A stretch of 64,000 nucleotides of DNA, from the NCBI GenBank assembly GCA_030141605.1, contig JAQGDQ010000125.1:124001-188000 (forward strand). The letters are read 5' to 3'. A program made the translations under genes and the position numbers. Below are positions 1 through 28,500 of the stretch, in pieces. Under the pieces are notes generated by a model, which searched no databases, was not told the origin of the DNA, and saw only the letters and a list, made by a program, of their open reading frames with translations. The first letter of the stretch is position 1, and every line of letters begins with the position of its first letter. This DNA is from Tubiluchus corallicola (taxonomy: Eukaryota > Animalia > Priapulida).

Positions 1-1868
1 TAATCTAAATATATTCATTCATACGCTGCAAATAAATAGATATTGTATTCATTATAATCTAAATACATTCATTCAAATGCTGCGAACGAGCTGCGCACCA
101 CAGCTGGATAGTATGACAAACTTCAAATTAGGCTGAAGTATCTGCAAATTCTTGGTTTTCTCCCTCAGATGAATCAGTGAAATTGCCTAAGTTACATCCC
201 AAAAATCACCTAGTAGACCTTGCGATCGAATCGTCACATTATAGTCTATGTCCATGCAAGGCAATTAACAAGGCATTCAATTAAACTTCAAAATGACTTT
301 TCTCAGTTTGCAGGTTTGCACAGATACTGCAGTTTACCTTTGTAGGGCATTATAGTGTAATTTTATATATAGTTTGCATGTATAGTGTATTAATCACGTA
401 AAATATAGGGTATACTATATTTAGTGTAGCACTTATTATATAGGCCTAATATTTATCATTTAAGCACAGCCATTCTAAGCACTTATGATTTCACTATTAT
501 TATAATTCTTTATAAGCCATCAAACTGGTAAAATTTTGCTGCTGTAAAATTTTCAAATGCTCATTTGTAACAAAAAATGCTGCATTAACTGTATAGCTCT
601 ATTGATGATGAAAATGATGATAGTTTATAGTTTAAAAAGTAAAGGTGTAAAAATAGGTAGCCATCACACGTGCTTGTGTCAAAATAAATGCTTAACTTAA
701 CATGTGCAACTGTATATTAAAACTGTTAGAGATAGTAAGCGATTAGTGCCATAAAACTTTTCTTCTACAACAGTAGTTTGTGCAAACTGCCTGCACAACA
801 CATTCAAGATTTTTAGCAAATATGTAAGCATTTGGGTGATGAGTCAAATAGCTTATTATACTAACAACTCAACACAAGACTTCTTGTATTCTTCCATTAC
901 TTTTGCTGCCTGATGTGTCAGTAATCATGAAATGCTCATTATATTAGTTTTACACACTAAGAAGGCAAAGACATAATAAAAAGAAGTTATTCTGCCTATG
1001 CCTTATCATGCTAAGTACTACGTGTGCACATTTTCTAAACTTCACTTTCCCAGATTGCCTATCCCTAGTAACTTTTTTATTTTCCTGGCACGTAATACAT
1101 GTTGCTGGTCTTGCTGACCTTGGGTGAAGAACATCTTGTCTTTACAGGCTCACCTGCTATAGGCCAGTACATGAAACAAGTGTTTCTATTAATGAATCTT
1201 TTACCAGTTGAGATGCTGGGCTTCTATGAAGCCATTGAATATGCAGGACCTGTTCCTAAAAATAGCCCCTGTTGTTGCTGCTGGTTTAAAATTACTGCCT
1301 AGCAGCGCTAAATCTTTTTCTGCCCTCCCTGGTATTTTCATGGCATCACTTGCCGAAAGTTCTTTGCCTTTATTTAAATTATGAATTTAATAAGCAATAG
1401 TATAGGATCTTTAAATTAAAACTATTCTGGCCATTTTTAAGCAACTGTGAATTACAGTAAGTCAAGTGATTGTTGATATTAGCTTAGTAGTATTACAGCA
1501 GACCTGTTCAAGTTAGTAAATTGGAGAAAATTGCATATGTCCTAAGTCTTTTGAACTGTTCATTAGAATGGCAGGCTTTGCAATGTACGGGTCCTACTGT
1601 ATATTAGTTTTAGTGATGTTTGCATACCAGGAAAAAGCACTTATAAAATTTAGAAGTTCAGAGCCAGTGCAACTTGGAAATAGTTAAAATTGTAAATAGT
1701 GTGATTTAAACTGATAGACTTGGCGCTTTTTCATCCACTTCTGAGTGCTTGCTATTGTTATTATCGTAATTCTACCTAGTTCAAAACATTTTTGTGATGT
1801 CTTTTTTACTTATTTTTTGTCAATTATTTTGTTTAAGCATATTATGCAGGTCGTTTTTTTCTTTAAAG

Positions 1869-15664
<13,796 letters not shown>

Positions 15665-16955
15665 AATAAGTGCTATCAGAATTCTTGCTGCAATGCTATT
15701 GCCATCTATCTTTGCTAAGCAAGTGACAATGTAAAGTTTTACTTATTTCATTAGACACAAGTTGAATATTTTATGCTGGTTATGTGCAAAGTGTAGTATA
15801 GTTCTATGACATTTGTCAAACAGTTTGCTACAGTTGTTCATGTTGACCAGTGTATCCCAGTGACTGATGTTGTTACTGTAGTTAACTTGACCCCTTTGAT
15901 TACAAAATGCTAATAATATGACAAGGCAAGCTTTCAAAAACTGAAAATGCTACTGTAAATCTCAAAACTGTGGCAGTCTCTTACACGATGCAGCTTAATA
16001 ATTCTTGCTGATGTGATGATTTTCTCAATCGAAATTTTTAATTTACGAGGAATATTGTATATACTGAATCTCTGCATTTATTCCATGAGATTTTTGCTTT
16101 GAGAAACGATGATTATTTTCTCAGTATTTCATTGCTCTGATTTTCACAGATCTGTTGATTATCTGTGTTTTTCACTATTTGTGAGGCCAAAATTAATTAC
16201 AGGATAATACGTGTATGCGATTACCTTTAAAATTTATGGTGCCAAATTTAATGTTGCAGCAAATTTACAAGTTTTATTGTTATCTGTAGCATGGTCTTTT
16301 TAAACGTATCTTTATTTAGGATGCACCAAAATTTACTATTTGATATTCTTGTACAAGTAAATACGGGTGGGCAGCTATGTTTGTGCATTGTTACACATCA
16401 TTTATCTTTTTTTGCTGTTTAGGCAACAATATTTAATTGTTTTATTACTTTGCTGTTTCAGGTTTATTTTACTTTTTTTACTCATTGAAATTTTGTTCTA
16501 ATATCTAGTTCTACCGTTATGTTGTACGTGTTTATTTAAATACACAACAGTTTGAGTAGTATGCACAATTTTTAGCTTAGTTGAGGCAAAGTACACACTG
16601 CAATATATGTATTGGTATTTAGCTAAGGTTTTTTTTGTAACTGCTGCTAACATTCAGTAATTGCTTATAATTCCTTTTTGAGGGATTTGTCATTAAACAC
16701 ATATGCGAAAAAAAAATTAGAAGTTGCATACAGTGTCTCGGTATTTAGTGCGTGTACTAATACACGTTGTTCATTGTTTTAATGTGTGTTATAATGATTT
16801 ACCATCTAAAATGGAAAAGATCTCAATGCTCCTTAATGTGTGTTTTAGCTGTTAACGCTAGTTACCATTATGGAAAACTTCAGCTAATTCCATGACATTT
16901 GTTGACAATTACCTATGTTGAAGTAATGCTTAAGTGCTGTAGCACAAAGTCAATC

Positions 16956-16961
16956 AATAAA
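16956..16961 (+). terminator. Candidate PFK polyadenylation signal
   Basis: AATAAA about 1.3 kb after the stop, within a U-rich 3' UTR. Confidence 0.4.
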
Positions 16962-18419
16962 AAATTAAAAACAACTCGTAATTTTATACATTGCTTACAG
17001 TTTGCTGTAATTGCATATTATGCTGTGTAGAAGTTGTTTAGCATATGAATAATGGATTGTTGATGTGGAGTTTCGATTTCATTTTTTAATGGCTGACCTG
17101 TCAATTCTGTATCAGGCAGCATTAAAGTACACAGCGTAGCAACTTGCACAAGGAAGTGAATACGTTTTCTTTTCTAACAGGCTAGTGGCACATCAGATTG
17201 GATCTCATGTTTTTATTTTTAGCTTTTCATTTTCTGGTTGTTTTAAATTAAACACAACTTTATTAAATTACTTAGTCTATTATTAATAATGTTAGTAGAA
17301 AGGCTTAGCATTTTTGTGATTTCTCGTTGACATGTGACGCTGTATCTTTTTTTTAGGAATAAGGTTTCATTTTAGCAAGATATTCAAAACTTATCCTGAA
17401 ATGGTCAGCCTTTTTATTAACAACTAGTCAAATGTGTTGGTTTACGAATTACTACGACTGTTACAGTATTCTCTAACGTAATATTTAAAAATGCAAGGAA
17501 TTAAAAATATTAAAATTTAAAGATTAAAAAGCTTTGTTTTTTTGTTTTCTGCAGCTAATAGTCAATATTATCATTGTTAGATGTTAATTAATGCTGACTT
17601 GTGAGAATGCTTGAAGAGTAAGAGAGTAAAACAACCATAATGTCTGAAGTGATGCTGATAAATATACTACAATAACTTCTAAGTGACGTCAAATTTTTCA
17701 TTTTTCAACAGATACCGGGACTTTTACTTGTTTATAATTGCTGATAAGTAAGTTTTAAACTTGTGCGCTATTATTAGCATTATTATACTTGAAAGCCTAC
17801 GAGCAAGATGGGTCTCCACTTGTGAGCAGGGTTCATTGCCAATGAGAACGTCCTTGACAATTTCCAGGGCTGGAAATCTTAAGCCCTTTTATCAGTTTAT
17901 CTAGGTAGTAATCCATTCAAATCACTTAATAGGTGAAAAAACTTTTTATTACAAATGTTGAAATATTTACATTATGAGAAGTACTGACACACAATCCATT
18001 TCAGTCCATCAGTTACACGTTAATGGACTAAAATCATACACGAATGGCCATTATAAAATTCCAGCTGAAACTGCCCATTTTCTTACATGACTGTGTGAAG
18101 AATTATTAAGTGCATATTGTGACAGCAATAGGGACTAACATGTACAATCTCTGAAAATCAACAAACTCACATTGCAATAACAAAACAAAAAAATGTTATC
18201 AACAGTTTTATGACCAATCCGACGACGCCATAACACGACATCATACACATCTCCATTCCATGCAAAATTATATTACTTAGCATTTCGCTTAACTGCTTGA
18301 AAGACTTGTAACAAAAAATGTTATCAACAGTTTTATAACCAATCGTCTGAATTTCAAAAATTTCTGAATTCTACCGCCTAAAAATTAATAAAGCCATGTT
18401 TCCTTTGATGGTCGCGTTG

Positions 18420-21400
18420 TCAAGATGGTCGCGTGTTTTCTTCTAGTAAATCACTTTGAAGCTTCTTCTTTACAGATTTTGCAAGAGTTTGTTGAATAAC
18501 TAAATAGATTTTATTGCAACCTCCAATGCAAGCTCTTATAGCCTGAAAATAAAAAAGCGTTTGTAAATTTTGTACTTACAATAGGTACATATTAACTTAC
18601 ATACCTATAGAATTTAACAAGGTTCCATAAAATATATGAGGTACCGGCAATCATAAAAGCCATTCCTTGCCAGTAAGAAGCACAAAATTTGACAATGAAC
18701 TACAAACACATTAGATTGTAATTAGTGAAAGCTATACCTTGTCAAGCATAATCTTTTCCATATTAACATTAGTTGTCACACACAATAATCTCTCTAAACT
18801 CACTGTGAGTCAGGGTGTCCATAAAGTCTGGGTACATAGTAAAAACAAATACTTTTTAAAATACAATTTTATTCAATTTTGATGTTGATAAATAATATTT
18901 TCAACATGATTTCCATCATTTTCAATGCATAATTTGATGCGTTTTACAAAATTCATGTGAACTCGATAGAATAGATCTGCATTGCCGTCGATTTCAGCGC
19001 ACTGACTGGTAATGCGTTCTCTTAATTTTGTGAATTATTGACCTTGGAATACCCAACTCTGCGGATGTCCGACGAAGTGATTTCCTTGGGCTAGCAGAAA
19101 CCTTGGCCAAGACAGCTTCTCTCGTTTCGTCTAACGTCTTGGGGCGTCCAGAACGAGGTTTGTCCAAGACAGTGCCTGTTTCTTTAAACTTCTTGACCAA
19201 TTTCCCGACGGCAGTAAAACAAATAGGTTGACGATTAGGGTGTCGAAGGTTAAATTCTTCCGCAATTTTACTATAAGACCATCCTTCTCGTCCACTTAAG
19301 AGTACCAAATCGATTCTTTCTTCCTTAGACAAAGCCATTTTCTTTCCGAGGAGAAAAAATAAAAACAAATAAATAGATAGTAAAATCCCCTATGTACCCA
19401 GACTTTATGGACACCCTGTATAACCTATTGATTTTTCCTGCACACCATTATGCAGTTTGATTTAACAAGTATATCTAAAAAGCATGAATTTTAATCTAAA
19501 CATCTTTCCAATACCACAAGAAATGCACACAATGCCATGCAATTTAAAACTGAGAACAAACAAAAGTAATGTAGGTAATTAATCATTGCTGTTTAGACCT
19601 TTAAAGGTTAGCACTACAAACGATGAGTCTGTAATTAGCATTAAACTTTACCTGTACGGCTGTGTTACTATGCATCTCGCCTGTCTGTAATAAGCCTGAT
19701 ATCTGATTTAATGATGGCATGAATGCAACAGTCACTACACCATCATTTACTGGGTTTTCATGAACTGCTTGTTCTTCAGCATCCGTGGGATGAACTATCA
19801 ATTGACTGCCATATTGCCTCTGCAATAACAATTGATGATTAACATCTTATATTAAAAGACATTTAAAAAACATTAAAAGTGAATTACGAGAATTATATTC
19901 ATGAACATACGCTATAATGCAACAGTAACAGTAGCTGAATTCTGTATAGGTGGCATTGTAGGTGGACACAACTGCATAAATGAAACAGCCTAGTTCATTT
20001 GTGAGCTACTCTTTTAAGTCTCAAAATGAACCTAGCAAATTAAATGTTTTAAAATAGCTTCTACTTATATTCTTCTAGCTATAGTCAACTTTAGATGAAG
20101 TTTCCTTGTAAGCACTGTTCCACTTAGTTCTATACGTAGTTATATGTATGTACCTAGGTATACAAACATTTCACTGCAATTTCACAAGTTTTTATTTTAT
20201 TTATCTCGGTTATAGAAACTAGTTACAATTATAAGCATGAGTATAAATTATTGTGTCAATAGCATAATTAGTAATCTACAATCACAATTAAAAAGGGGGA
20301 AACTGCCACACGGATAAGTATAGTCCCTGCGCACGTAGCAATAAGTGATTGTGGTTCACAGGCATAGGAAAATAATGTCATGATAAAAGTAAATAAAATG
20401 GGAGAAAAAATTTTCTCTTTGCGCTAAACAAACATTGCAGAACAGCAAAAACAGTAGCAAGTTTTGGAGACAAAGCCAGTTCCGAGTTCTGTTAACAATC
20501 AACTATAAAAATTATTTATTCGATAAATAATTGTTTTCAGTTTGTTAGTATTTCAGGAGTGTAAAGGAGATAAGCCAACAATATACATACAAGCCAGTAT
20601 TCAGTAGTCAATAGCAAGGCCCGCTTAATGTAGATGTTTGCAGGACTAAACCTAACAAATTATCAAAAATAATCCTTTATGAGGTGACAATGAACCGATA
20701 ATAGAGACCTAGGATGCAAATACCTATTGTCCAACGAATTAAATGATCAGGACAAATACGACCATATGGAAGCCGTTTTCCTGGGACTCACAAATATCAT
20801 TTCCTCACCAGCGTTATATACGACCTTCATCAAGAATGTAAACAGCAATGCCAAATGAAGCCACCATCAAGTACGTATCTTATAAAAATAACTAGAAGCT
20901 ATGATAAGATATGAAATAACTGTGATATGTGCTTACTGCTGAACAAGCCACAACCAAGTCATACATCTCAATACCAGCATCCGCTAAAGCCACTGAGCCG
21001 CATGTAATTGCTGCAGATAAAGCTGAAAAAGTGTAGCGTGTTTGTAAGCAAACTGTCTATTCAGTATCAAAATAACATCCAACAGTTATATGCTATTTCA
21101 GTACTAATCCTATAAAAATTCTCAAAAACTTGACAAAACAGTTATTTTCAGGTGTAAGCATTTACAGTACAGTAAGTTTTGCTTAATGAAATTCTGTATT
21201 GCAAAGATTCATTTAATGATGAAAGATATGACACCCATTTCTTCACCTAAAGTCAATATTTCAATTTAAAGCAGTAGCTAAATATTGTGATTGCAATATT
21301 CTAGAAAGTTGCTATTCTAACAATATCTGTTTAATAATGGAGAGCGATTTACATAAAAGTTAATCGCTGTTTGTGGTCAATTCAAATTTAAGAAAAAAAA

Positions 21401-24400
21401 TTGCAGCCTGCCAATTGTTTAACTATTGCAGTGTGAGCAGTTGCTGCACTCGATATGCAATCATCACTTTACTTGAACATCTTTATTATTTTTTATCTTT
21501 TTTATTTTTATTTATTTATTTCATTTATGCTTGCAAACTGGATAATGCTTAAAACTGCCCATGTTATGCATGTTATGTGTTGGCCCAACAAAAATAATTT
21601 GTTATCGCGCTATTTTTCATTGGTCAGTAAACTACTACTACTACTACTAGGAAGACTATGCAACATAAGCGTTATTATTAGCGCATAAGCCTCATTAGCG
21701 CAAAACAATAAAGAAAATCCAGCAAACTACAAACTAAACTGAAAACTCATGTTTGAAATTTGACTTTTATTTCATTATTAAAAAATGGTAACAGTTTGGT
21801 CCGAGCACTCATTTGCTGATGCCTCTCATAATTCTACTCTGGATATTCTTACAAGTACGGCGGCCACAGTTTTCCCTCGAGCATCTTGTCTGTAGAATTC
21901 TTTATCAGAAAATTTGTTTACTTGAATATTACCTGCTTCAAAAAAATAACAGATGCCTCCCAACACTAGTAAATTAGCTCTGCAAATTAGCAAGTTAGAA
22001 GAGTTAGGATTCTATTTTTTTGAGTCTGTATTTACACTTCCTCTTTCCAGCTGTAAGCTCCTTTTGTTCCTTACAAGTTGAAGAGTCACTGGTTTTGTTT
22101 GGAGAAACCTTTATAAGCATTTTATCACAACTGTATTATATAATACTAAGATCAATTTTAAAAGTAAAATAGTCTAAAATATCCAAAATATTACAATTTA
22201 AAAACTCGTATGTCTCTTGCATTAATAAAAATAATAAAGACTCTACACTCACCGCTACCACTGTCTTCTAGTACCACTATGCATATATCAACTTGCGCTT
22301 TGGGAAATTTGTGCTAACAAAGGAATAAGATACAGAATAAATATTGGTAACTATAACAGAATGGAATCAAAATGTACCAATAATTTCTTGTTAGTATTCT
22401 AAAGAAATCTTTTATACTGAAAACCCAGTCATCTAGATAAAGCTAAATTTATTTACTTTAGGAAAATTGTTTTGTTCACTATTCGTTTATTTTGCTAGTT
22501 TCCGCTTTGTTTAGAATAAGTACTTTATGCAACAACTAAGCACAATATATATATAAGCAATTAAGCAAATACTAGTCATAATACCAATAATTTAAACTTA
22601 AAAACAGTGATACTTCAACAGCACTCATGTGTCAATGCACAAACTGCATCTGATAGCATTCGCAACATTCACATTCATATTAAAACAACTGTACAGAATT
22701 GTTACAAAGTCTTAAACTTGAAGCTGAGGGTAACATACATAATCACATGGTCTGGATCTCTTTTACTGTTCATTGTCAGTTAGCAAAATGACCTGTCAAG
22801 TTTAAATCTTACTAAACAAACAGATGGGGACAAACTCTGTAGAATGAGATCAGATAATTCCTTTTCTTCTGGATCTTGTTGGTGCTGACGGCGCCGTCTG
22901 CTGGCAAAAGTGGCAAACTTAAAATCACACGTTAATCGTCCACTAATTGTGAAGTCCTCCCTCTTGCCAAATTCTCTTGGACCATATCTGGAATCAAGAA
23001 ATATAAATGATTATAAGCAGAGCACACCATCACAGTATCAAAGTACCAAAGTCAGAAAAGCACTAAAAATCAAGTTAAGCAAAATTCCTGCCCGTTGAAG
23101 AACATTACATTGACAAGATTGAATAAACGAAGTCATGCATGAAAATAGAAAAACACTAACTAGAGCACAGACATCCACAACGGTTGAACAATTCTAAATA
23201 TGTAACAGCAGTCATTTTGGATTTTAGTAAACAGTCCATAATCACTAAAAGATTAAAAATTACCGCATCAGAATTTACTGAGTTTATTCTTGACCCATGC
23301 TTCACCCAGGTTGCAAAAATGGACAAGCAGAATAACAAACTACGATAAAGGCAAAACCTCCATGGCAGTATTAATTATTAAACCAGGCCTAATGTCATTA
23401 CTGCATGCTAATAAAATAAGAAAGTTTATACTCACACAGCACATATAACTTTTGTGTTACTTAGTTCTATGTAAGCAGAACCTTGAGCTTGGCTGATTGT
23501 GCCACATCTGACAACTGAAATTAAAATACGGTACGTAATTCGAAGCCTAATACCATAAAAGGCAGCCTAATAGTACTCAATGCATTTTTACCAAAAAAAT
23601 TTACCAGGCACTTCAAAACTCGCAAAAAAAGAGTTTCTCAAGAACCTGGCCACTACAGAAATGTAGATTAGCAAATTTCTGGCTGTACTATTTCTAGGCT
23701 TATTAGAAACTGTAAAACTGTATTTTAATGATAGAAAATCAGAGACAGATAAACATGGCTTAGGCAAAATAAATTTTAGACTTCATTGAAAATAACACGA
23801 AAGAGTACTTACACATAGGGCGTACTTCATCAGATGACTGTATATTACTGGTTCCATCAACCTGATTTGCCTGAAATAAAACACATTTTTGTAGGTAAAT
23901 AATGACTCTTTAAATGGCATCATCTTGTGGTAACTCTCCCTATCCAGTTTGTCATTAATTGTTTGACAAAACATTAAGTTTTGCCATCAATCGGCCTGAA
24001 TATTGTCACTTCCGCCAGCTGGGCGTTTATGTAATTTGCAGATGCGAATACGTTTTCCAACCTGCGGGATAGCCTATGGAAAAAAATCAATAGGAATAGA
24101 AAAAGAAAAATGCAGCCACATCCACAAATTACATAAAAGCCACTTAACTAATGAAACTTCTTCCAAAAATTAAGAAATTTGTATTTTTTGGCTTTGGCTA
24201 TCTGTTTTGCAGGAAACCATTTTACAGGATTCTGTAATACCCCATAGTTGCAAAGCCCTTTCTTTACCAAACCTATGTCACATCTAAAATACGTCTCATG
24301 AAGTGGCCTACGAAAGATGCTCCTGAAAAGAAGTTTAACCTCTGTGTTCACTCATAGACTTGAAAAAGGTTGTTATGTCATGAAAAAACAGAAATCATGC

Positions 24401-27117
24401 ACAAATCAATCATACTAACTCTATTCACTAATTTAAATGTAACTTTTCATGAACATATGACACTAAACTGATTAGCATATAAACCTTTCAGCTAATAATT
24501 CACCATTAGGAGATAACAGAGATGCAGCCAGCACGCTGGAAATAAAGTTGCTCATAACAAATAGCTTACAAATAACCCATTCAGATTTTAGCTTTGTAAG
24601 TATAATCTAGTTGGCAGTTAGCACTCATTTTGAAACTCTTGAGAAAGAATCAGCATTATTAAATGATATAGCTTGAAACCACACTAAAGCCCCTGAAACC
24701 AAATCAGTTGAATTATTTTCCCGTTCCTTCGTGCAATAGAAGAAACCTTTTTTATGATAAACCTACTCCACGTGACATGTACAATTAATGTCAAACGTGG
24801 GCACGCTTGTCAAATGCCAGTCTGTTCAAGAAAGCATATACAGGGATGAGAATGACAAATTGCGGAATGGGGTTGAAGGGCAAAGCCGCCATGGGGATTC
24901 AAGGGGGCAAAGCGCCATTGGAGCCAGCAACAAATTGCAATTTTGTGACCATAGAGAGCCTGTAAGTGGACTTAAAACATCAATTACCTTGTTTCATGCA
25001 TAATTTAGAATACCCAGCTATCAAGGAAACATGAAACATACGATCGTGAAGCTTCAAATTTATTTTGTACATATTTTGTTGCCTATATTTCACAAATTAT
25101 AAAATTAAACTTGGTTTTATTCAAATTACGCTTTGGTATTTCGGCTGTTTGTGTCTGGAGGCCTCAAAGCTTCATATTTGTCAGCAACGAAGATATGCCG
25201 CATTGCCGTAAAAGACACGCTACAAAGTAATGTGAACAAAACCAAGTTTAATTTATGAAACATAGGCAACAAAATATTTACAAAATAACATTTGTTTTTT
25301 TTGTCGTTAACCATAAACACCGTTCCACTTTTGCTGTTCCATAACTGAGCTATAACTGAGTATGAATTCGAGGGTTCTAGATCATCAGCTATGTAGTACA
25401 AATTTTTGCAGACCAGCAGTTTCGTCAAGTTTGCATCAGAGCAAATAAAGCAAACAAGCAAAAACAAAGTATTTGTCTCATTTCAGAATTTAGCTTTTTT
25501 CCATAAAATGATTTCAGATCATTATTTTATAAAGGTTTCATAAATTTTGGTCTTTGTTTGTAATTTCATGTATGCCATGAAGTACTAGTAACATCCCTGC
25601 TGTCCTGCATGGCTTAATAAGTGCAAAGTAGATGCTCCACTGTTTTTAGGGATGAGCATCAAACGTTCGAATTTGATTAATTTGAAGAGTTTTTTTAATT
25701 AGAATTTGATTCGAACCTAAAATTATAGATTCGAATAATTCCGGACTGCAAACAAAATCGAGTAATAGGGTCTATGCATGATCTTTGTAAGACCGCTTTT
25801 TTACTGAGGGTTCGAAAACTTGTTAAAAAATGTTTCAAACTCAATTCGAATTTGAAATACAGAAATTCAGTTGGATTCGAATTCGAATTTTGGTAGAGAA
25901 TTCTCACCCTTACTGTTTTTTACTATCTCATGAATGTTGTTTCTAAGTGTACTAATAGATGTGAAATAAATTAAACTTAACTAATTTTGGCTAGCTGCAC
26001 ACTTAAGGTACATTTGAGAACTACAATAGTCGCCGCTTAATGGACTCACGGTTAATACACTCAAAAATGCCTGGAACAGGCTGCTTCTATTCAAATATAC
26101 ATAAAAACTAACGGTAATTGACTTAAATAACTTCGCTTAATAGACTCAATATTTTTCCTTCACGTACTTAAAATAAGACATTTGTATGTGCCAAAAGAGC
26201 CTTTCCTACTTTTATGCTATCTTTACTTCCCTTTTGTGCATTATATATATGTAGAAACAATCATATTAAGTACCGTTTTGTTTGTAAACAAGTATGTTTT
26301 TCATGCGCTAATACACTAGTGTAGCGGTTTTGCTTTGAATCTGCTACCCACTCGACCACTGCAATTAACCTCGTTACCAAAAAATTTCTGGAAGCTAAAC
26401 ATTTAATCGCTTGCCTAGCAGTTTCTTTTTCATGCTCTAGTTGCAAATCACGATTTCAGGCTTAATGAGTTAATAGTCAAAGATGCAGGTACAGTAATCA
26501 GCCAGTATTCCTTGTGACTTGCAAGAGTAAATGTCATACAGCAAACAAGGGCACAGAGTTAAAAAAATTGAAAAATGGAGTATAACTATAAGCGTAAAAG
26601 TATACTTTTTAATTTATTGTTAATTCACTTACATAAATTAATATTTTAAAATATTTTTTCTAATTTTTAACTGCACAAAGGAATTTAGGCATTACCATGT
26701 TTCTAAAATTGATTAAAAGCCTTTGCAGTGTATAGTAAGCTGATGACTCATACTTCTATAGCAGTAATACTACACCCATCAGCTAAAAGGTTCAATCGGT
26801 TAATTGGGACAAAACACGTCGGTCCCAAAGTGAGTCTTTATTATTAAGCGGCGACTACTGTACTACAAAAAGCTGCCACGTCACTAATGTGCTGGCAGAT
26901 GGATGTTGTTAATTTGAGCGTTTTCTAGCAAACCGACAACTGAAACGAGAAACATCTAGAACTATTACTAGTAGTACTACTACTAGTACTATTTTAGAAT
27001 TAGCTGATCACGTTGACATAGAAGGCTTACATTTGCGTATACAGAATACGGATGAGAGTCATCAGGACCCGAAAGACGCGTGCGATCGGCAACTACTTTA
27101 TATTTCACAGCAGCCAT
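18420..27117 (-). CDS. EXOSC6: Exosome complex component MTR3 (RNase PH family), 8 exons, about 278 aa
   Basis: Exons 27117-27031, 23870-23813, 23514-23436, 22987-22813, 22313-22253, 21022-20937, 19819-19652, 18542-18420 (TGA); 837 nt in frame. Motifs: [101 protein letters not shown]. Confidence 0.93.
18811..19418 (-). mobile_element. Internally deleted Tc1/mariner DNA transposon (608 bp) in EXOSC6 intron 7
   Basis: Perfect 29-bp TIRs: cagggtgtccataaagtctgggtacatag at 18811-18839 and its inverse at 19390-19418, with TA on the right flank. Encodes a transposase N-terminal HTH (…KKFKETGTVLDKPRSGRPKT…SPRKSLRRTSAELGIPRS) joined to the C-terminal tail (LRERITSQCAEID…NFVKRIKLCIENDGNHVENII). The catalytic domain is missing. 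Confidence 0.93.
24840..25470 (-). mobile_element. Degenerate DNA-transposon fragment (hAT dimerisation-domain-like remnant)
   Basis: SVSFTAMRHI resembles the hAT ERSFS.M..I motif. Adjacent gggcaaagc repeats. Confidence 0.35.
25647..25912. mobile_element. hAT-like MITE with internal TTCGAA repeats
   Basis: Termini TAGGGATGAG…CTCACCCTTA, flanked by (a)ctgtttt(t) direct repeats. An inverted related copy lies at 13504-13668. Confidence 0.75.
26024..26860. mobile_element. pogo/Tigger-like MITE in EXOSC6 intron 1
   Basis: TIRs caatagtcgccgcttaat and attaagcggcgactactg, with TA on both flanks. Confidence 0.8.
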
Positions 27118-28019
27118 GACTCAATAAATTGGAAGTGATGACAGGGTATAAAATTTTTAATTGAGAAACTAAACATAATTTAACATTTCGCGTGGTTACA
27201 AGCTCATCTCGTAAACTACAGAAAGCGGAAACTTCGGATTTTAATTCGCAACGATTAGGTAGAGTCATAGATAATAATATATTACGTTGTAATATAAATA
27301 TATATGGGATAGTTTCAGAAGTGTTTCAGATTCAATTCAGAAGCTGTCTTACTGTTAAATTCGTGGTACAGCCACAAGTAGCACCTGTGCGCGAACTGAT
27401 GCTAGCATCAGAAACGGTTCATAATTTATTCTATATTTTAATAATTTAATACCAATATAGTTACATATTTTTATGGTACAAACTATTACTATAAACTTTG
27501 TAATGTTTTATGAATGTTTAAAGCCGTATCTACGATCACAAATTATGTCCACAACTTCTGTACTAACTTTATTGTCTTATTTCACTATTATATCTTATCA
27601 TTGTACAATTACAGCATGTTATAAAATATTAGAAAAAGGGCTGTTTTTGTGTGCAAAATAAAGAGATTCCTGTTTTCATCCTTATTCTGTAGTACAGAAC
27701 AAGGTATTGCTAAATCAATGAAGTAGCTGACGTTTGCTCAACATTTTAGTCGGATCATTTGAGCTTTCACTCTGCCTTGCATGATTCTGTTCAGCGAGTG
27801 TTCATGGAGCTATTTTGAATTTCTAGGCCATTCAGCTGATCCTATTCTGATCATATCCTCTAGAATGCATGCTGTGCAAGATGCATGATGCTCTGAAGAT
27901 TAAGTGTTGAGGGCAAGGTGGATTAATTCTGGCATCAGGCAATACTTTGATTCTGCAAAATTATATTGTATACACTCATTGGTTTTGTCCCCCTTAGCAA
28001 AAGGTAATTGAATGGAATA

Positions 28020-28500
28020 AGGCCAGACAGCATGTACAGGACACAGAAAAAATGCATGATCGAACAGGAAAGGACAGAACAGGTCCGCTGTATTTACTTT
28101 TAATTTGTTAGGTAAATGTGAAGTTCCTGCCTGTTCTATTTTATCCAGGACGACTTACATGACAGGGCAGGACATGTCAGAACATAACAGCCATGGCATG
28201 ACAGGAACAGATGGAACAGGACAGAGTGATCTAGACAGGACTGAACGAGATGGGACAGGACAAGACAGGCAGGACAGGATGGGTAGGACAAAGTGAATGT
28301 GACAGGACAGGATATAATAGAACAGGACTGGGCAAACCAAAGAGAGAAGGATAGAACACAGCAAGACAAGGCAGACAGGATGAAACAGAACGGGATGGGA
28401 TGGGCCAGGGCAGCTGTGACAGGATCAGACCAGGGCAAACCTATTCGGCCAGGGCAGAACAATATAGGATAAGAGAAGGCAGATTAGGACATGCCTAGAA
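28020..28500. repeat. Degenerate (GGACA)n pentamer minisatellite
   Basis: Many ggaca/ggata/gaaca units; the source of spurious ORFs 28105-28462. Confidence 0.85.

Noticed and set aside
18186-18434. Short direct repeats (aaaaaatgttatcaacagttttat twice; gatggtcgcgt twice) near the EXOSC6 stop
   Set aside because: Two-copy local duplications, not a CRISPR-like array; no evident function.
28105-28462. Overlapping Cys-rich and GQDRT-like ORFs
   Set aside because: Translations of the (GGACA)n minisatellite.
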